DNA of 63,848 nt, filler included, from Octopus bimaculoides (taxonomy: Eukaryota), in assembly GCF_001194135.2 (NCBI RefSeq). It is 5 parts of 5 records of this genome, joined end to end, with 100 filler letters (N's around TTAATTAATTAA, not from the genome) between each part and the next. Parts side by side here need not be neighbours in the genome. Positions count along the whole stretch, not along the records: positions 23,916 to 47,274 come from NC_068992.1; positions 47,375 to 60,704 come from NC_069003.1; 3 more parts are not named here. One strand, given 5' to 3'. Position numbers and translations under genes: made by a program. A model generated the notes under the pieces. That model ran no database searches, had not been told where the DNA came from, and saw nothing but the letters and a program-made list of their open reading frames with translations. Positions 38,291 through 52,568 of the stretch are shown here, in pieces (the first letter of the stretch is position 1; every line of letters begins with the position of its first letter).

Positions 38291-39350
38291 ACAATGTATG
38301 TATGCATGTATGTATATGTATATATACATGCATATTTGTCACTTTTCATGTATGATATTGCATTCATGTGTTATAGTAGACCCATTCAAATCAAATCTCA
38401 TACCTCCTCAGAAAGGCCTAATAAAAATATATAGTTAGCACAATGAAAGCTCCCGAAGTTTTAGTGTTTCTTTTCTATTTCATAGACTCAAATAGACTTA
38501 GCAAACTAATTCGGTCTAATATATACTGACTGATTCTTGTCACAGCTGCATTGTGTGAAATTCCAAGGAGGGGTGTATGACAGCTTTGAAAATAAAGAGT
38601 CCTTTTCTTGGATAAGTACACTAAGGAAGCTACTCAAGTATTAACACACCTTTTTTTGATGATTCTAAGATTCTTCATTATAGTTACTATAATTGTTTAT
38701 TGTATGTAGAGATGAAAATTACTATTGTTTGTTCCTAAAATCATTGTAAAAATTACATTTCGTCTATTCACAAGAAACATGATTACTATTTGCTAAAGAA
38801 AGAAAAGCTAAGCTCCTTTCCTTGCAAACCTACAAGAACACAATATAAAGTCTTCAAGATATTGGTTTCAATAGATTTGATGTCTCCTGTTAAACTATTA
38901 TGCTGACAGGAAAGTTTGTTCCCGTTGTGGAACACAATGGCCGCCTACTTTTGTTAACGTCTTTTGTTTTGTAATGATACATTCCATCTCCGTAATACTA
39001 AATTTCTTTTCAATTTAACGTGTTCCATATCTCATCATGTTTACACCTTCATCCGTGACTTCTTTCATCCTCTATGTCACATTGAATATCTAATATTCAA
39101 AATAGTTATAAATTTGCTTCATAATAAAAGAAATATACGACATATACGTAGAAACTATACATCACAATACCCCTATAGAAATATGCATGAATATGTGTTC
39201 GTGTATATATGGAGTAGTGTATGTGTTTCTACTAAAACGGATAAATATTTCTTTCAAATATAGTTTTAAGATAAAATGAGGTATTTTACAGCATTTTGAT
39301 GAAGCGCGCGCACGTCATATAAAACAGTGAATGACACCTTTTCGGTTTAT

Positions 39351-39355
39351 TGTTG

Positions 39356-39426
<71 letters not shown>

Positions 39427-39640
39427 TAGTCTTATTTCTATCAGGTGGTTTCACTGCACCACCGAATGCGGCTCTGAGTGCCTTGCGTATGTGTTGTGGT
39501 TTCTTGTGAAGTTCTTATTTTTACTGTATTGAAAGTGCTTTAGGTAGGACGTGTGTGGTATCTAGTAGTGCTATTTTCTGTATGTTGCACTGAATTCATG
39601 TGTTGTGAACCTGAATTGTGTAATGGGTGAATGGCACGTG
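39351..39640 (-). mobile_element. R4/Dong-clade LINE 3' end with (AAT)n tail of about 24 units
   Basis: NIQKIALLDTTHVLPKALSIQ* plus a 3' UTR matching 2243-2350. Confidence 0.85.
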
Positions 39641-39881
39641 ATATCAACTTAATTGCGCTTTACGCACAGATTGACTGGTCATTGAACGCTGACTGTGTTG
39701 GACACGGAAGCGTTATTTCGTAACGAAATACAATTTATTGTTGCTTTGCTCGGTCCAGTGATTTGTATATGTAATAACCTTATTTAATCAAAGATGAGTT
39801 AATCATCAAAACGCATATATATTAAATCTGAGTATGTGGCTAAGCCAGTGCTGCTATTCGAACTCCTGCCACTTATCTTAC

Positions 39882-39930
39882 CTGTCTAGCAGTCATGTGA
39901 CCCATTTAGATAGGTCTCGGAAACGGCAAT
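39882..39930 (-). promoter_or_regulatory. Candidate non-coding first exon or promoter element
   Basis: CAG|GTAAGA donor at 39882/39881, GTCATGTGAC E-box-like palindrome at 39892-39901, CGGAAA nearby; no good acceptor found. Confidence 0.25.
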
Positions 39931-42900
39931 AAAATACAAATCGGGATGGTGAGATGAAAAATAAAAAGCAAATGTCCATTAAACTGAAGCACTCCAGTAT
40001 ACAATGTTTAATATTAATTTTAAAAATCTACAATACATAAACTGAAGAATAACATCATTAACATTGATTCATAGTTTGTATTTATGGATGCTTTGGTTTT
40101 TGGCTTGTGTTTATTTTAAAAGTTTTGGCCAAACAATTCAATTTAATGAATGATATATTACATTGAATACTTCATCATAATCAGCAAAGTGGCCTTACTT
40201 TCACTATTTAACTTAAAAATCAATTTTTTAAGCACTTTCATTTTATTTGATGGGGATTCAACATGAAAGAAAAATGATTTAAGAGTTCATGAAATTTATA
40301 TTAAAAATATTCAATATTACCGGGAAAGGAACGAGAAATATTCAGAAATATTTCTTTCTGAATAATTTGTTAGAAAATAATTCTAACATTATATTGTGAT
40401 TAATGAAGGCAATTTAGAAATCCCGAATAGAAAAGGGATTCCATTTAATTTATTATTTATTTATAATATTCCTACTGATACATAATTTATTTTCCATTTC
40501 TTACATTTAATGTTTCACTTGTTTCTATTATTTTCCATCATAATATCATCATATTAAAATGAAAATCAAATTCAATGCAAACAACGAATAACAAATTTAA
40601 GAAGAAATACAAAATGGATTTATTACCTGGCCATTTTGCAAAATATTTAATTCGTTGTAATGGTGTATTGACTACTTGGTTCAGTTATGGGATTTATATA
40701 GCATAGATTATTGATTCAATTCCTGCCTATAATATGATACATTGAATTGGGTGTTTTAGCCATTATTGTGATTATGAATAATGATGGAATTTCAAAACTG
40801 TTGCTGTGATATGCTGAATAGTTTTGTACTTATGCTGTTAAAAGTTATATGAAGATCATGGCCCAGCTAGAGCATGTTTTCAATGTATGTCAATGCAAAA
40901 AGGATACAAATCTGATTCGCAATGTATATAGTAGATTACACATATTTCTGAAACGTTAAATAAATAAAAGATGGGGTTATTTTCGCAGGAATAGGGACAT
41001 TACTAAGAAGCGATACTAGGTTAAGTTCGTTATGTTAACAGGTTAAGTACATATTAAACATATAAACAACACGATTCTAGCATATGTAATTTAATGAGTG
41101 AAAAGATAAAACATTGAGTGGATTTTCTCTTGATATATTTTATACGGAGCGGTAGATTACATTCATTATAAATGTTGACTTGTGGAATTCTGTAAGTAGG
41201 CAATCTTATAATGTGTAATTACATTGAAAAAGAACTTTAAAAGTCATGGTTGATGACTTTCTAGGAAAAAGGGAAATAATTTACAAAAAATTATTTTTAT
41301 ATTTAGACAGGAGTCTCATTTACGTTGTCAGGTATTACGGCACTTCCGCACATACCACTAAACATTTTGCTCGAAATTGCTTTCGTTGGCAAGAAATAAT
41401 TTGAAACAGTAGGAAATTGAGTTACAGCGAGTTTTGTATTAGTATTTGGCCTAATTTTTCCCCAAAATAACAACTTCAAATATTTTCATGGTTATTTATG
41501 GAAACCTGTAATTATTTCCTATCGGCGTTTTATTTTTATGTAATTATGCCAATTACTACAACATAAATTATTAATAAATCTATTCTGACTTATGAAGTGA
41601 GATGTCTATTAGTTTGAGACAATTTTGTAAATCTGATGACGTCTTATGGGATTGAAACTTATCACAGTTCATGTCAATAATGATCCGATTTCGCCCCTTA
41701 GCTTGTAATTTTTTTGCTCTGAAATGAATTCTTAAAACCTACAAACTATTTACCTCTCCTGCAACAAAAATTTATTTCTTGCCCCTGTAAATCAGAGTGA
41801 CAAATATCAATCCATTAAGAGGTTGCCGTTCATTACCTCCATGAATTATATAAATTATAGCTTTATAACCCTAGCAGACTTAATTATGCAATGTAAAACA
41901 AATTCATGATTTTTTTCCTGCTTGTAAAAATGCCTATCTAATGGCCTAATTAGATTAAGAAACATTTGTCACGCTGGTGACGTTAATAAGACCAACAAAA
42001 GGCATTGATTCTCTCCTTCTTTCTAACAAGTATCAGGTGCTTCTGAAAGCACAACAGTGTTTCAATTCCTGAACGTTAAAGCTTAGAATGCATCGGTGAA
42101 CCGACGTAACAAAGCCACGGTGCTGGTTACTTGATCCAAGGCTGTCTCCGTTAGGCAAAGGAAGTGGAAGTTTTGCTTCTTGGCAGATTAGTCTGTTACA
42201 GAATAGTGATTTGAACTTCTGAGAAAGTGCTAACAGCCTGACAGTGTCTCCTCTACATCGCGTTTACAATATTTACACTAATATATGCTAATATATGCAG
42301 CAAAGATTGAAAATGTAATTGTTACGCTTTTGCGAATCCTGGAATAGTTGACGTAAATTCTAACATATTTAACAAGTGTATATTTGTTGTAAACGAGATT
42401 CAATACGTGAATTGTAACGTTTTATTATTGAGCATCCTGTGTTCGTTACACAAAACCGTTTCGGACCGTGTTATGAGACTATGTAATTATATATGCATAA
42501 ATACACACGAACGCACGCTCACACGCACACATGTACATTACTTAACTATAGTTATAAAGTTAGATCATTGATTATATAGTCTAGTATTTTCTTGCAGACA
42601 ACATGTCGCTTCGGAGATACCCGGCACAAAATATAGCAAGCGATATGTTGTTTGCATATAATATAGCAAGATATATAGCAAAATATAGCATAAAATATAA
42701 CCAAAACAGCATTCATCTACTTAGGTCCTTAAACCGTTTAAACAGTCGAAACACCCATCAAGTTGATCGGGTTTTCGTCACTGTATTTGTCAAAGACAAA
42801 ACTTCTTCACGCCTTTGCAATAGAGGACACTATGGAAGTGTTTTATTGCAGCCGGTACTTTCAACAGCACATTTTCAGGAGAATATTTGAACTCATCAGA

Positions 42901-43130
42901 AATATACAAAGCAAAAATTGGGGTGCCAACAGCACTAGTGAATTTACGTTTACTGTGAGAAAAGCCTGCACAAAAGGAGTGTCAGCGTCCACTTTTGAGA
43001 TGTTGAACTTAAAAAGAATGACTACACACTACAAATATAGGAGATGAAATATGTTGGTCAAAGTGGAAATTGAATTCAGAAGACTAGGAGTCGTAAGAAT
43101 TACCGTAATGCATTTCTTACCGATGCTTTA

Positions 43131-43452
43131 TGTTGTGCCGACACCCCCAGGTGAAGAAGTAGGATCTCCCAAGACATATAAATAGAGGTAGTCTGGCCGT
43201 GGTAGGAGTGTTGAGTAGCAGTCGAGTGGCAGTTGTGTAGCGGTTGAGTAGAGATTATCTGAAGGTGTTAGGTAGCAATAGCTTGAGACATAACACTTTA
43301 CGATTATAGTAGCTTGCTGCCTTTAGAAATAACGTTTGCTGTCGCGATGAGGATAATATAGCCTGAATTAAATTAAATTTAGAAAACTAAGTATATCCAC
43401 AAAGGATATAGTAGGAATATTTTTAGCGTTTTAATTATAAAGCGAAACAACA
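43131..43452 (+). mobile_element. Probable solo LTR (322 bp)
   Basis: TGTTGT...ACAACA termini, TATAAATA inside, motifs CGACACC, AGTCTGG, AGTCGAGTG and TCTGAAGGTGT shared in order with the 31410-31677 LTR; TSD not clean (CTTTA/CATAA). Confidence 0.65.
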
Positions 43453-46003
43453 CATAATATAGCATTCTGCCACAAAAGCAACTTGTGTTACAATAGTCGT
43501 TGTCAATGAAAATGATTACAACAGAGCAATACCAATGATAAAGATTTTAATGCTGAAACCTAATCTGTTCATTTACATTATATGCATCTGTATGCTACCA
43601 GAAGCTGATAATGGTAATATATTTCGAGTTGAACCCAACATATCTCTATTTGTTAGGTTTATTAACAATGCTCTGTGTTAAAGTTAACGAGTAAGATTTT
43701 CTTTTACCTTAACCCAATTTGTTTCAATGTATCCAACATATTGTATATATTATGTATATCCGATCTGCATATCTATTATATTTTTATGCACATTAATGGC
43801 GTATGAAAATTATTTTCAATTGTTTCATGTTAATGTTGTAAATAGTTTCAGGCAAGCGGTTCAGTATGTAGCAAATATAAATACGTGACAGGAGAAGAGG
43901 AGAAGACATACTGGTTGAGATATGAGGCTATCTAACTTTTATTCGTGTTATCCAATCAAATACTTTGACAGTATTATGTTTCTGGTCAGAACAGTACACG
44001 CTGTTTGAAATAAATCAGTTTGAAACTCTCACCTGAGACCAGAAATCAACTTATTCTAACTTGATATTGGATACGTACACAAATATTTATCATTCACTTC
44101 TCCATTGCACATAAACCTATCATGAAATTTCTCTTAACTATTAAATATTCAACTGTAGTGATGATAAGGATGTGCCGTATTAAATAAAATATTGACTATT
44201 ATAATTTCTGAGATATTCACAAGACACTATATTTTGTAGGGAATATAATCCTTTTAATCTATTTTAATCTATTGATGAATGTGGTAAGCTTATGACTTTC
44301 ATAAGCTAATTCCGCCACGGTGGCATTTGAAAGAAGGAGCTATATAGGCGTAAAAGTAATGTGAACATATATTTTGTTTACGACTGTACCAGTTCTATGT
44401 ACATCCATTATCTCATATCAGTTGTAAAAATGCTTAAAATATTATAAACTATTATAAACTTCATAGGATGTAACGTAAGAGATTATAGAGAAATAAATAA
44501 AATCATAAGTTTTCTTATAAATAATTAAAAACCTAGACACCAGAAACCTTTGTTTTCTCTAGAAATAATTACTTCATTTGTTTCTCAGATAAGACAATCT
44601 GATCTCCCGGTACGAGTCGTATGAAAGAGACAAATCCTTCCTTGAAGTGGGTATCGATAATTCATATAGAAACGTATGGACGATTATGTAAAATAGCTAC
44701 GGGAAGTGATGTATTATAATACTCCCATAGTTGTCTCAGAAATTATACACGATACATTCACTGAATATATGGAACCCTAATACAACTGCTGGTAATAAAT
44801 ATTTTATTTATTTGGTAGCTTTCTCTAACCATCTTTAACTTAGATTAGCAGGATAGTACTTTCCTTCTATGACCTATGAGGCAATGTTTACTATAGACAC
44901 GAGAACATGTCGTTTCTGTTAGATTAGGCCGATAGAGATTCTAACAAAATTGCATGAAGTATTTACAATTGTTTTTCTCTAAATACTGGAATTATACTTA
45001 CAGCGTTATTTCTCCATAAAAAAACCCCAACTATTTCTGTTATCCTTCAAGCAACACACTCGAAAAAAGTAAACAAGAAAAGAAGACACCATTTTCGAAT
45101 TCAGGACTGTTATTCGTGCGAACGATTCGACAGATTGTGTCATTTCTGTATGTGTGGAAAAGTTTCTAACAAGTCGTGACAGGAATGCTTTTCTATGACT
45201 TGAAGCATTACATAAGACGTTCCTATTAAGACAAAAAGAAATTAAATATTCTGATATGCTTACTTTTATCAATAGCCGTTAGAATATCGTTCAAATTAAA
45301 GGAGTTTACCACTAAATATTTACAGTACTACGCAGCTGTGAGACTCAAGGAGAAATGATACTATTAACAAAAATCGTGTTTCACGTTGTAGGTTAATAAA
45401 TATGCTTCCTATAAACAAAAGTCGTGCTATAAAGGTTCCACCGCCTCCTTCGATATGTGTGATCACCATAAAACGTTTCATTTATTTATCTTTTAAACTA
45501 TAGAAGAGATGTTACGACACAGTAACATTAAAACGATAAATGAAATTAACTCGATTCAGTAATATGTTATTTGTAAAACTCTCTCATCTGACGCAAGCAA
45601 ACTTACGAAAAGAGTTCAAAGATATGTTGAAATGTTGTATAAAGTTATATATTCAACAAAAGAACATTCTCCTCCGTAGATTATAGTTATTCTTCAAAAT
45701 TTAGTTTGCATGAAGTAGGATCACTGGAATATCTACATTTGTCTCGTGCTCAGTTGAATTATGGAATTCTTTGCAACCTGTCTCACTTTTTATTGCTTTC
45801 ACTTTTCCATTTTATTCTTACTCCATCTTTAAAGTTCCCTTGGTCTCATTTGTCATTTATCACACACTTTCTTTATTTCAAAGTGAATCAATTCATATGT
45901 TCCTTATATCTTTATCGCCTTCTATCCCTACTGGATATATTTCCTCTTTCCATATCTTTTAATCACTTTCCTCTTGATACCTTATCCTCTTTTTCCATAT
46001 TCT

Positions 46004-46116
<113 letters not shown>

Positions 46117-47274
46117 GATCTTTTATCATATAACTTTTATTTCTACCATACACATCTAACATATAATATGGCATTCTATTTTCCTTGCCTTTTCTAGTTT
46201 CTTTTCCGTTATTTATTCATTTCTTTTATCTCTCTCACTCCCAATCTCGCATTTTATTTCATTCTTAGTTTCTATCCCTCTCTCTCACCTTACATTCTTT
46301 CCCTTACGTCCTTTGTCTCAATAACTCGAATATTTCCCCTCACATGTACTACCCTAAAATAACTCTCCTCACACATTTGATTCTAACACTGCTGCCACTT
46401 ATATTTCGTTAAGCAGACAAAATATGGCACAAGGTTAAAAGGTCATGTGATAAAAGTGGACAGAATATCCATACAATGGCTGCATCTAGTATTGTTTCGG
46501 CTTGGTTGGTAAATGTACAAGCTAAGCCATTCTTTTATCAATCATTCCAGCGACTTCCTTTACGAAACATTTATGGCCTCAATTAGATGAGTTCTTTACA
46601 AGTTGACTTTGAAGTCTTTTACAAGAAGACCTCTGATATATCTACCAATAATATAAATTCCGAAGTAAAACCTGTCACCACTGAATAGGCTACATAATTT
46701 TTTCTGGAGTAATAAAGCAAAAATTATAGAACATTATTTCATATGGAACAATACACACACACTCACACAGACACACAGACACACACAGACACACACACAG
46801 ACAGACAGACACATACACACACACACACACATACGTACAAACACACGCACGCAGGTTCACAGACACGCTGACACACAGGCACACACACAGCAAAACAGAT
46901 AGACACACACACACACGCACACACACGCACGCGCATAGGCACACGCATACGCACACGCACGCAGACTCGCAGACATGCAGACACACACGCAAACAAAGAC
47001 ACACACACGCACACACACACACACAGCAAAAAACATAGTCACACACACAAACACACATGCAAAACATCAACGTATGGAATATGTGCATCTGTAGTTACGC
47101 ACGTGTGTGGACATATCATATATGTATATGCATATTTACGTTTATGAATGAACAGAGGAACTAAGAAAGTGTTAGGGAGATATTTTTTATACATCTCTAT
47201 GCGCTTACGTATGTGCACACGTACAAACCTACATATACGTATATATAGGTGTATTTATATATATATATATATAT

Positions 47275-47374
47275 NNNNNNNNNNNNNNNNNNNNNNNNNN
47301 NNNNNNNNNNNNNNNNNNTTAATTAATTAANNNNNNNNNNNNNNNNNNNNNNNNNNNNNNNNNNNNNNNNNNNN
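47275..47374. other. Artificial scaffold-join spacer
   Basis: 44 N + TTAATTAATTAA + 44 N. Confidence 0.95.
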
Positions 47375-47520
47375 ATATATACATATACATATACATATAC
47401 ATACATATATATATACATATACATATACATATACATACATATATATATACATATACATATACATACATATATATATATACATATACATATATACATATAT
47501 ATATATACATATATATATAC

Positions 47521-47551
<31 letters not shown>

Positions 47552-47884
47552 CATATATATATACATATATATATATACATATATATATATATATGCATAC
47601 ATATATGTGCGTGTGTGTGTACACATATACATATATTTATGTATACATATATATATATATATATTTATATATACGTATATATTTACATACATATGTTACG
47701 TATGCAAATTTACATATATGTGTTATGTGTGTGTTTGTGCACATATTAATATATAAGTATATATATTCCTATATGTATATATATATATGAATATATATTT
47801 GTATGTATGTATATATATATGTAAATATATATATATATATACATTTATATATATATATAAATTTATATATACATATAAATATAT

Positions 47885-47958
<74 letters not shown>

Positions 47959-48148
47959 TCATTTGTAAGTACATATGTACGTATGTGCACACATCAATAT
48001 ACAAATGCGTTCATATGTATGCCTATAAGTATATATGTTGTATATATGTATATATATGTATGCATGTGTTTATAAAAATATATATATATATATATATGTA
48101 AATATATATATATACATATAAATATGGAAATATACTATATATACATAC
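47375..48148. repeat. Compound (AT)n/(ATAC)n field
   Basis: Direct reading. Confidence 0.9.
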
Positions 48149-48393
48149 NNNNNNNNNNNNNNNNNNNNNNNNNNNNNNNNNNNNNNNNNNNNNNNNNNNN
48201 NNNNNNNNNNNNNNNNNNNNNNNNNNNNNNNNNNNNNNNNNNNNNNNNNNNNNNNNNNNNNNNNNNNNNNNNNNNNNNNNNNNNNNNNNNNNNNNNNNNN
48301 NNNNNNNNNNNNNNNNNNNNNNNNNNNNNNNNNNNNNNNNNNNNNNNNNNNNNNNNNNNNNNNNNNNNNNNNNNNNNNNNNNNNNNNNNNNNN

Positions 48394-48451
<58 letters not shown>

Positions 48452-49349
48452 CAACAACTGCAGCAAAAAAACTGTAATCACAATCGTTTCTTATTTTTTT
48501 TTCACAAGAGCGAGAAGGGTACGATTGCAAACATTATTTGCGGAAGTGATTTTTTGGTTTTATTTTCCATTCAGTAAAAAAAAAACAAAAAAAAACTATA
48601 ACATGAGTGATGTTATATGTATTCGAAAAGGGAAACCGTCGCAGATGGAGAAATAGGGCACCATACAACAATTTTGGGGAATACCCTTCATTACTAAATC
48701 AAGTGGCTTTTAATGTCTGAAATTTAAGGCGCAAATTTACATTACAAACACTCCTTCGCATTTAGAAGAATTTAGTTGAGAGCAATTGTGTTTTTTTTTT
48801 CAACACAGAAGTTTGTGAATTTACATTTCCTTCTTTAAATATTATTTCACACAGTCATTGCTAAACTATGATTATTTATTATTTTTCGACCCTTCATTAG
48901 TGCGGCGAATTGTTTAAAACAAATAATATCAAGATCAGTTATAGCTGCACAAACTACAGCAAAGAATGCTCGTATAAAATCATATAAAGGTTGAATGTTT
49001 ATACATGAAGTCCATGATCAGTTCTATTCTATTAAAACTTTTACTAAACCTATTGTCATAGAAACTGAAGTAAAATTTCAAACACTTCATGTAGAAATAT
49101 GAAAATATATAACTGTAAAAGGAGAGACACTTTCAAATATCGTGTGCGAAAAGGAAACGTCGTAACTTTGAGTGCTAGCTCTAAATTCTATTGAATATCT
49201 ATAGATATACACTCATCAAAAGAAACATAATACGCTAGATAGGTTGATAGACAGACAGACAGACAGATGATTTTGGAATAAATAGATGAATTTGGATTCA
49301 CAATTGAAGTCACATGAACATGCACTCAATACTGTTTCCTAAAGTGCTA

Positions 49350-49487
49350 CAACATTTATCTTTTTCTACTCTAGGCACAAGGCCTAACATTTTTGGTGAG
49401 TGGGGAGTCGATTAAATCGACCTCAGTACGCAACTGGTACTTAATTTATCGACTCCGAAAGGATGAAAGGCTAAGTCGACCTCGGCG
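49350..49487 (-). mobile_element. Family B SINE, truncated
   Basis: AACTGGTACTTAATTTATCGACTCCGAAAGGATGAAAGGCTAAGTCGACCTCGGCGG. Confidence 0.8.
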
Positions 49488-49562
49488 GTGCTACAAAATT
49501 TGTTAAGAGACGAATTCGCGTGGGTTGCAACTCTGAGTCTGAACCTGTTTCTCACGCAACAG

Positions 49563-49666
49563 AATGTGCTTATCAGAAATGGCTTTGGATATTCCTCGCT
49601 TGCAATGCTGTCTTTGGATTATGCTGGCATGGAGATTATCTGGAAGCGGGGGATAATGTCTTCGCT
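49563..49666 (+). CDS. Candidate 104-nt exon with two frames open (CAYQKWLWIFLACNAVFGLCWHGDYLEAGDNVFA or NVLIRNGFGYSSLAMLSLDYAGMEIIWKRGIMSS)
   Basis: CCTGTTTCTCACGCAACAG acceptor, GTGAGT donor, higher GC than the flanks; no homology recognised. Confidence 0.35.
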
Positions 49667-49874
49667 GTGAGTGGGTTACTGATAAAGATAAGGGAAAGGC
49701 GGAGGTGCAGAGTAAGAAAAGGAATAATAGTGGGAACTGTGGGGGTGGGAGAGAATGAAGAGTTGGGGGTGAAAGTAAAAGAGAGCGAGAGGAGGAGTAA
49801 AAGAGAGGGAGAGAGGGGGAGGGACGGAGAGAAATATAGTCACGGATTTTGCTTAGTAGTAGAGGGAAGGAGAG

Positions 49875-49946
49875 AAAGAAGAAGAAGAAGAAGAAGAAGA
49901 AGAAGAAGAAGAAGAAGAAGAAGAAGAAGAAGAAGAAGAAGAAGAA
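49875..49946. repeat. (AAG)n microsatellite
   Basis: Direct reading. Confidence 0.95.
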
Positions 49947-50449
49947 ACAACGACGCAAAAGGGGAGTAAAATAGAAAAGAAAACAAGAAAACCAGGATGG
50001 AAGAGGATAGAGATGAAAAGAAAGAATAAAATAAAGTAAGGAGGGGGTTGGAAGATCAAAACCAGAACACATGAATGACAATGTCTGGCAAAAGACAAAG
50101 AACTCTGGAAGTGGATTGTATTCAATGATGCGTGAAGAATTTGGGTGAACAGCTCAAAAAAAAAATGACAAGAAAATAACATTCGCTTCATATTGTGACT
50201 AATTAATCACAAATTCCACCATTTTTATGCCTCAGCGTGCACGATCCATTTTCTCTTAGAGTTCTTTACTTTTACCGTTTGTTTGTTTTTGCTTTCTTTT
50301 TTGGTCTAGACAATCAGTGTCTTATTCTTGCGGTTCTTCTTATTCTTGTTTTACTTATTTTGTCATCGCTCTTCTTCGTCTTTTTACTTTTGACTTTCTT
50401 TTCTTGTTTATTTCTGTCCGACTTTTATCTCGTTTTCTCTTCCTATCCC

Positions 50450-50872
50450 CATTATTATTATTATTATTATTATACGTCTTCTACGTCTTCTCCTCCTCCT
50501 CCTCTTCTTCATCTTCTTCTTCTTCTTCTTCTTCTTCTTCTCCTATTTCTTTTTCTTCTTCATCTTCTACGTCTTCTTCTCCTCCTCCTCCTTCTCCTTC
50601 TTCTTCTACGTCTTCTTCTTCGTCTTCTACGTCTTCTTCTCCTCCTCCTCCTTCTCCTTCTTCTTCTTCTTCGTCTTCTACGTCTTCTTCTTCTCCTCCT
50701 CCTCCTCCTCCTTCTTCGTCTTCTTCTTCATCATCATCTTCTACGTCTTCTTCTTCTCCTCCTCCTTCTCCGTCTTCTTCTTCTTCATCATCATCATCTT
50801 CTACGTCTTCTTCTTCTTCTCCTCTTCCTCCTCCTCCTCCTTCTTCTTCTTCTTCTCCTCCTTCTTCTTCTC
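50450..50872. repeat. (TCT/CCT)n field with seven CTACGTC anchors (higher-order repeat)
   Basis: Anchors at 50481, 50567, 50606, 50627, 50678, 50741, 50801. Confidence 0.9.
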
Positions 50873-51257
50873 AGGACTGTCTTAACTCGTATCTAATTAC
50901 ACTATCTCTTCTTTAGGTTCGGTTCCTTCCTGTCTTCTACGACACCATGTCTTAAACTTATGCTTTTTCTCCTTTCGTTTATGTTGTCTCCTTTCTTTTT
51001 TTTTCTTTGAATCATTTAAGCTACTAATGACCTACAAATCCCACACAGATTATAATTAATGCCAAATGATCTAAAGGATAAAACATCTGATCAGAGTGTA
51101 CTAGAAACGAATTCTAAGCACGGACAATCAATCGTCCGACAAACGGAACCAAGAATCTTCGACTACCAATTCACAAAGTCTCAGAATGGATAATGGTTAA
51201 ATAAATCGTATACATACATACAGACATGTGTGTGTGCGTGTGTATGAGTGTGTATGA

Positions 51258-51290
<33 letters not shown>

Positions 51291-51416
51291 CATGCATGCG
51301 TACATATTTAGATACATATATAACATGGTGCTCCAGCATGGTCGCAGTCAAATGATTGAAACGATTAAAAGAATAAAAGAATGTATATGGTCACATATAT
51401 GCAAAAGTATATATGA

Positions 51417-51455
<39 letters not shown>

Positions 51456-51549
51456 AACATATATACATACATGCTCGCATATAGACACGGACACATAAAC
51501 ACACACATATATATATGTACACATGCATATATGCATGCAGACACATACA

Positions 51550-51920
51550 TACATAAATGCATATAAATCCGAAGCAGAACCAGCATCGACTGGAAAGGGG
51601 GAAGGAAACGCTACACCGTTGTAGAGTACGGATGGACGAACAGGCAGACACTGTTGCACAAACTTGTTCCACGGCCGCCATGACAGACTCCTGCAGAAGA
51701 TGGTTACAATGATGATGGCAGCCATGTTAGACGTCAGTTAATTTGTCGCAATGATTGATGGGATATAAATAAAGGAAATCAATGGTGGCGTTAAATTAAA
51801 ATCGCTTTTTCATCTAAATGATCTAGGTAAGAGGAAATGAAAGCTTAGATTGATGTTACTAAATTCGGACTTGACAAGATGGCGAACGTCAACACCGCGT
51901 GTGGATACAAGAAGTAGGGG
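51550..51920. promoter_or_regulatory. Candidate bidirectional promoter island
   Basis: CpG-rich; ATGGCGGCC (minus, 51681), ATGGCTGCC (minus, 51725), GACGTCA at about 51730, TATAAATA at 51764, CAAGATGGCG (plus, 51875-51884). Confidence 0.4.
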
Positions 51921-52291
51921 AGGAAGAGGAAGAGGAGACATAAATGTCTGTGTTATAAAGTAATAAATGTATAGGATATACTCCGATCGTACACATGACC
52001 ATAGATGCATACATACATAGCTACACATATATGAATACGTACAAATATATACACAGATACACACATACGTACGTACGTACATACATACATACACACATAC
52101 ATACAGATATAGAGACGGCGAGAGGGACAGACCTACACACAGTTCAGTACGTGTTCATAATAATGGACTGAAATGAGAGATCAAAGAGGATAAAGACGTA
52201 CACACACACTCATATATAGCACACACACACACAAACATACACACACACTCACACACACACACACACATATATATATGTTTGTATATGTATC

Positions 52292-52329
<38 letters not shown>

Positions 52330-52513
52330 TATATAAATAAATATATACATACGTATATGTAGATATATATCATTCTCTTACCCCACACCCCAAGTAATGG
52401 TTAGTGCTCCCACTTCCCATAACTACCCATTACTCTGATAGATCGATAGATAAATATATTGATAGATAGCAAGAATATAATGCGCGCACACATACGAGCA
52501 GGCAGACACACAC

Positions 52514-52568
<55 letters not shown>

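Noticed and set aside
38900-39095. Minus-strand exon-like segment with acceptor and donor
   Set aside because: All three frames contain stops.
41630-41680. CTGATGA...GAAAC as an intact hammerhead
   Set aside because: Stem II is imperfect, no stem I can form and there is no inverted partner.
42603-43047. Two overlapping 94-95 aa ORFs and a minus-strand open frame
   Set aside because: No homology recognised, AT-rich codon use and no matched donor/acceptor pair.
44287-44324. 9-bp hairpin plus GCCACGGTGGC palindrome
   Set aside because: Within chance expectation for a window of this size.
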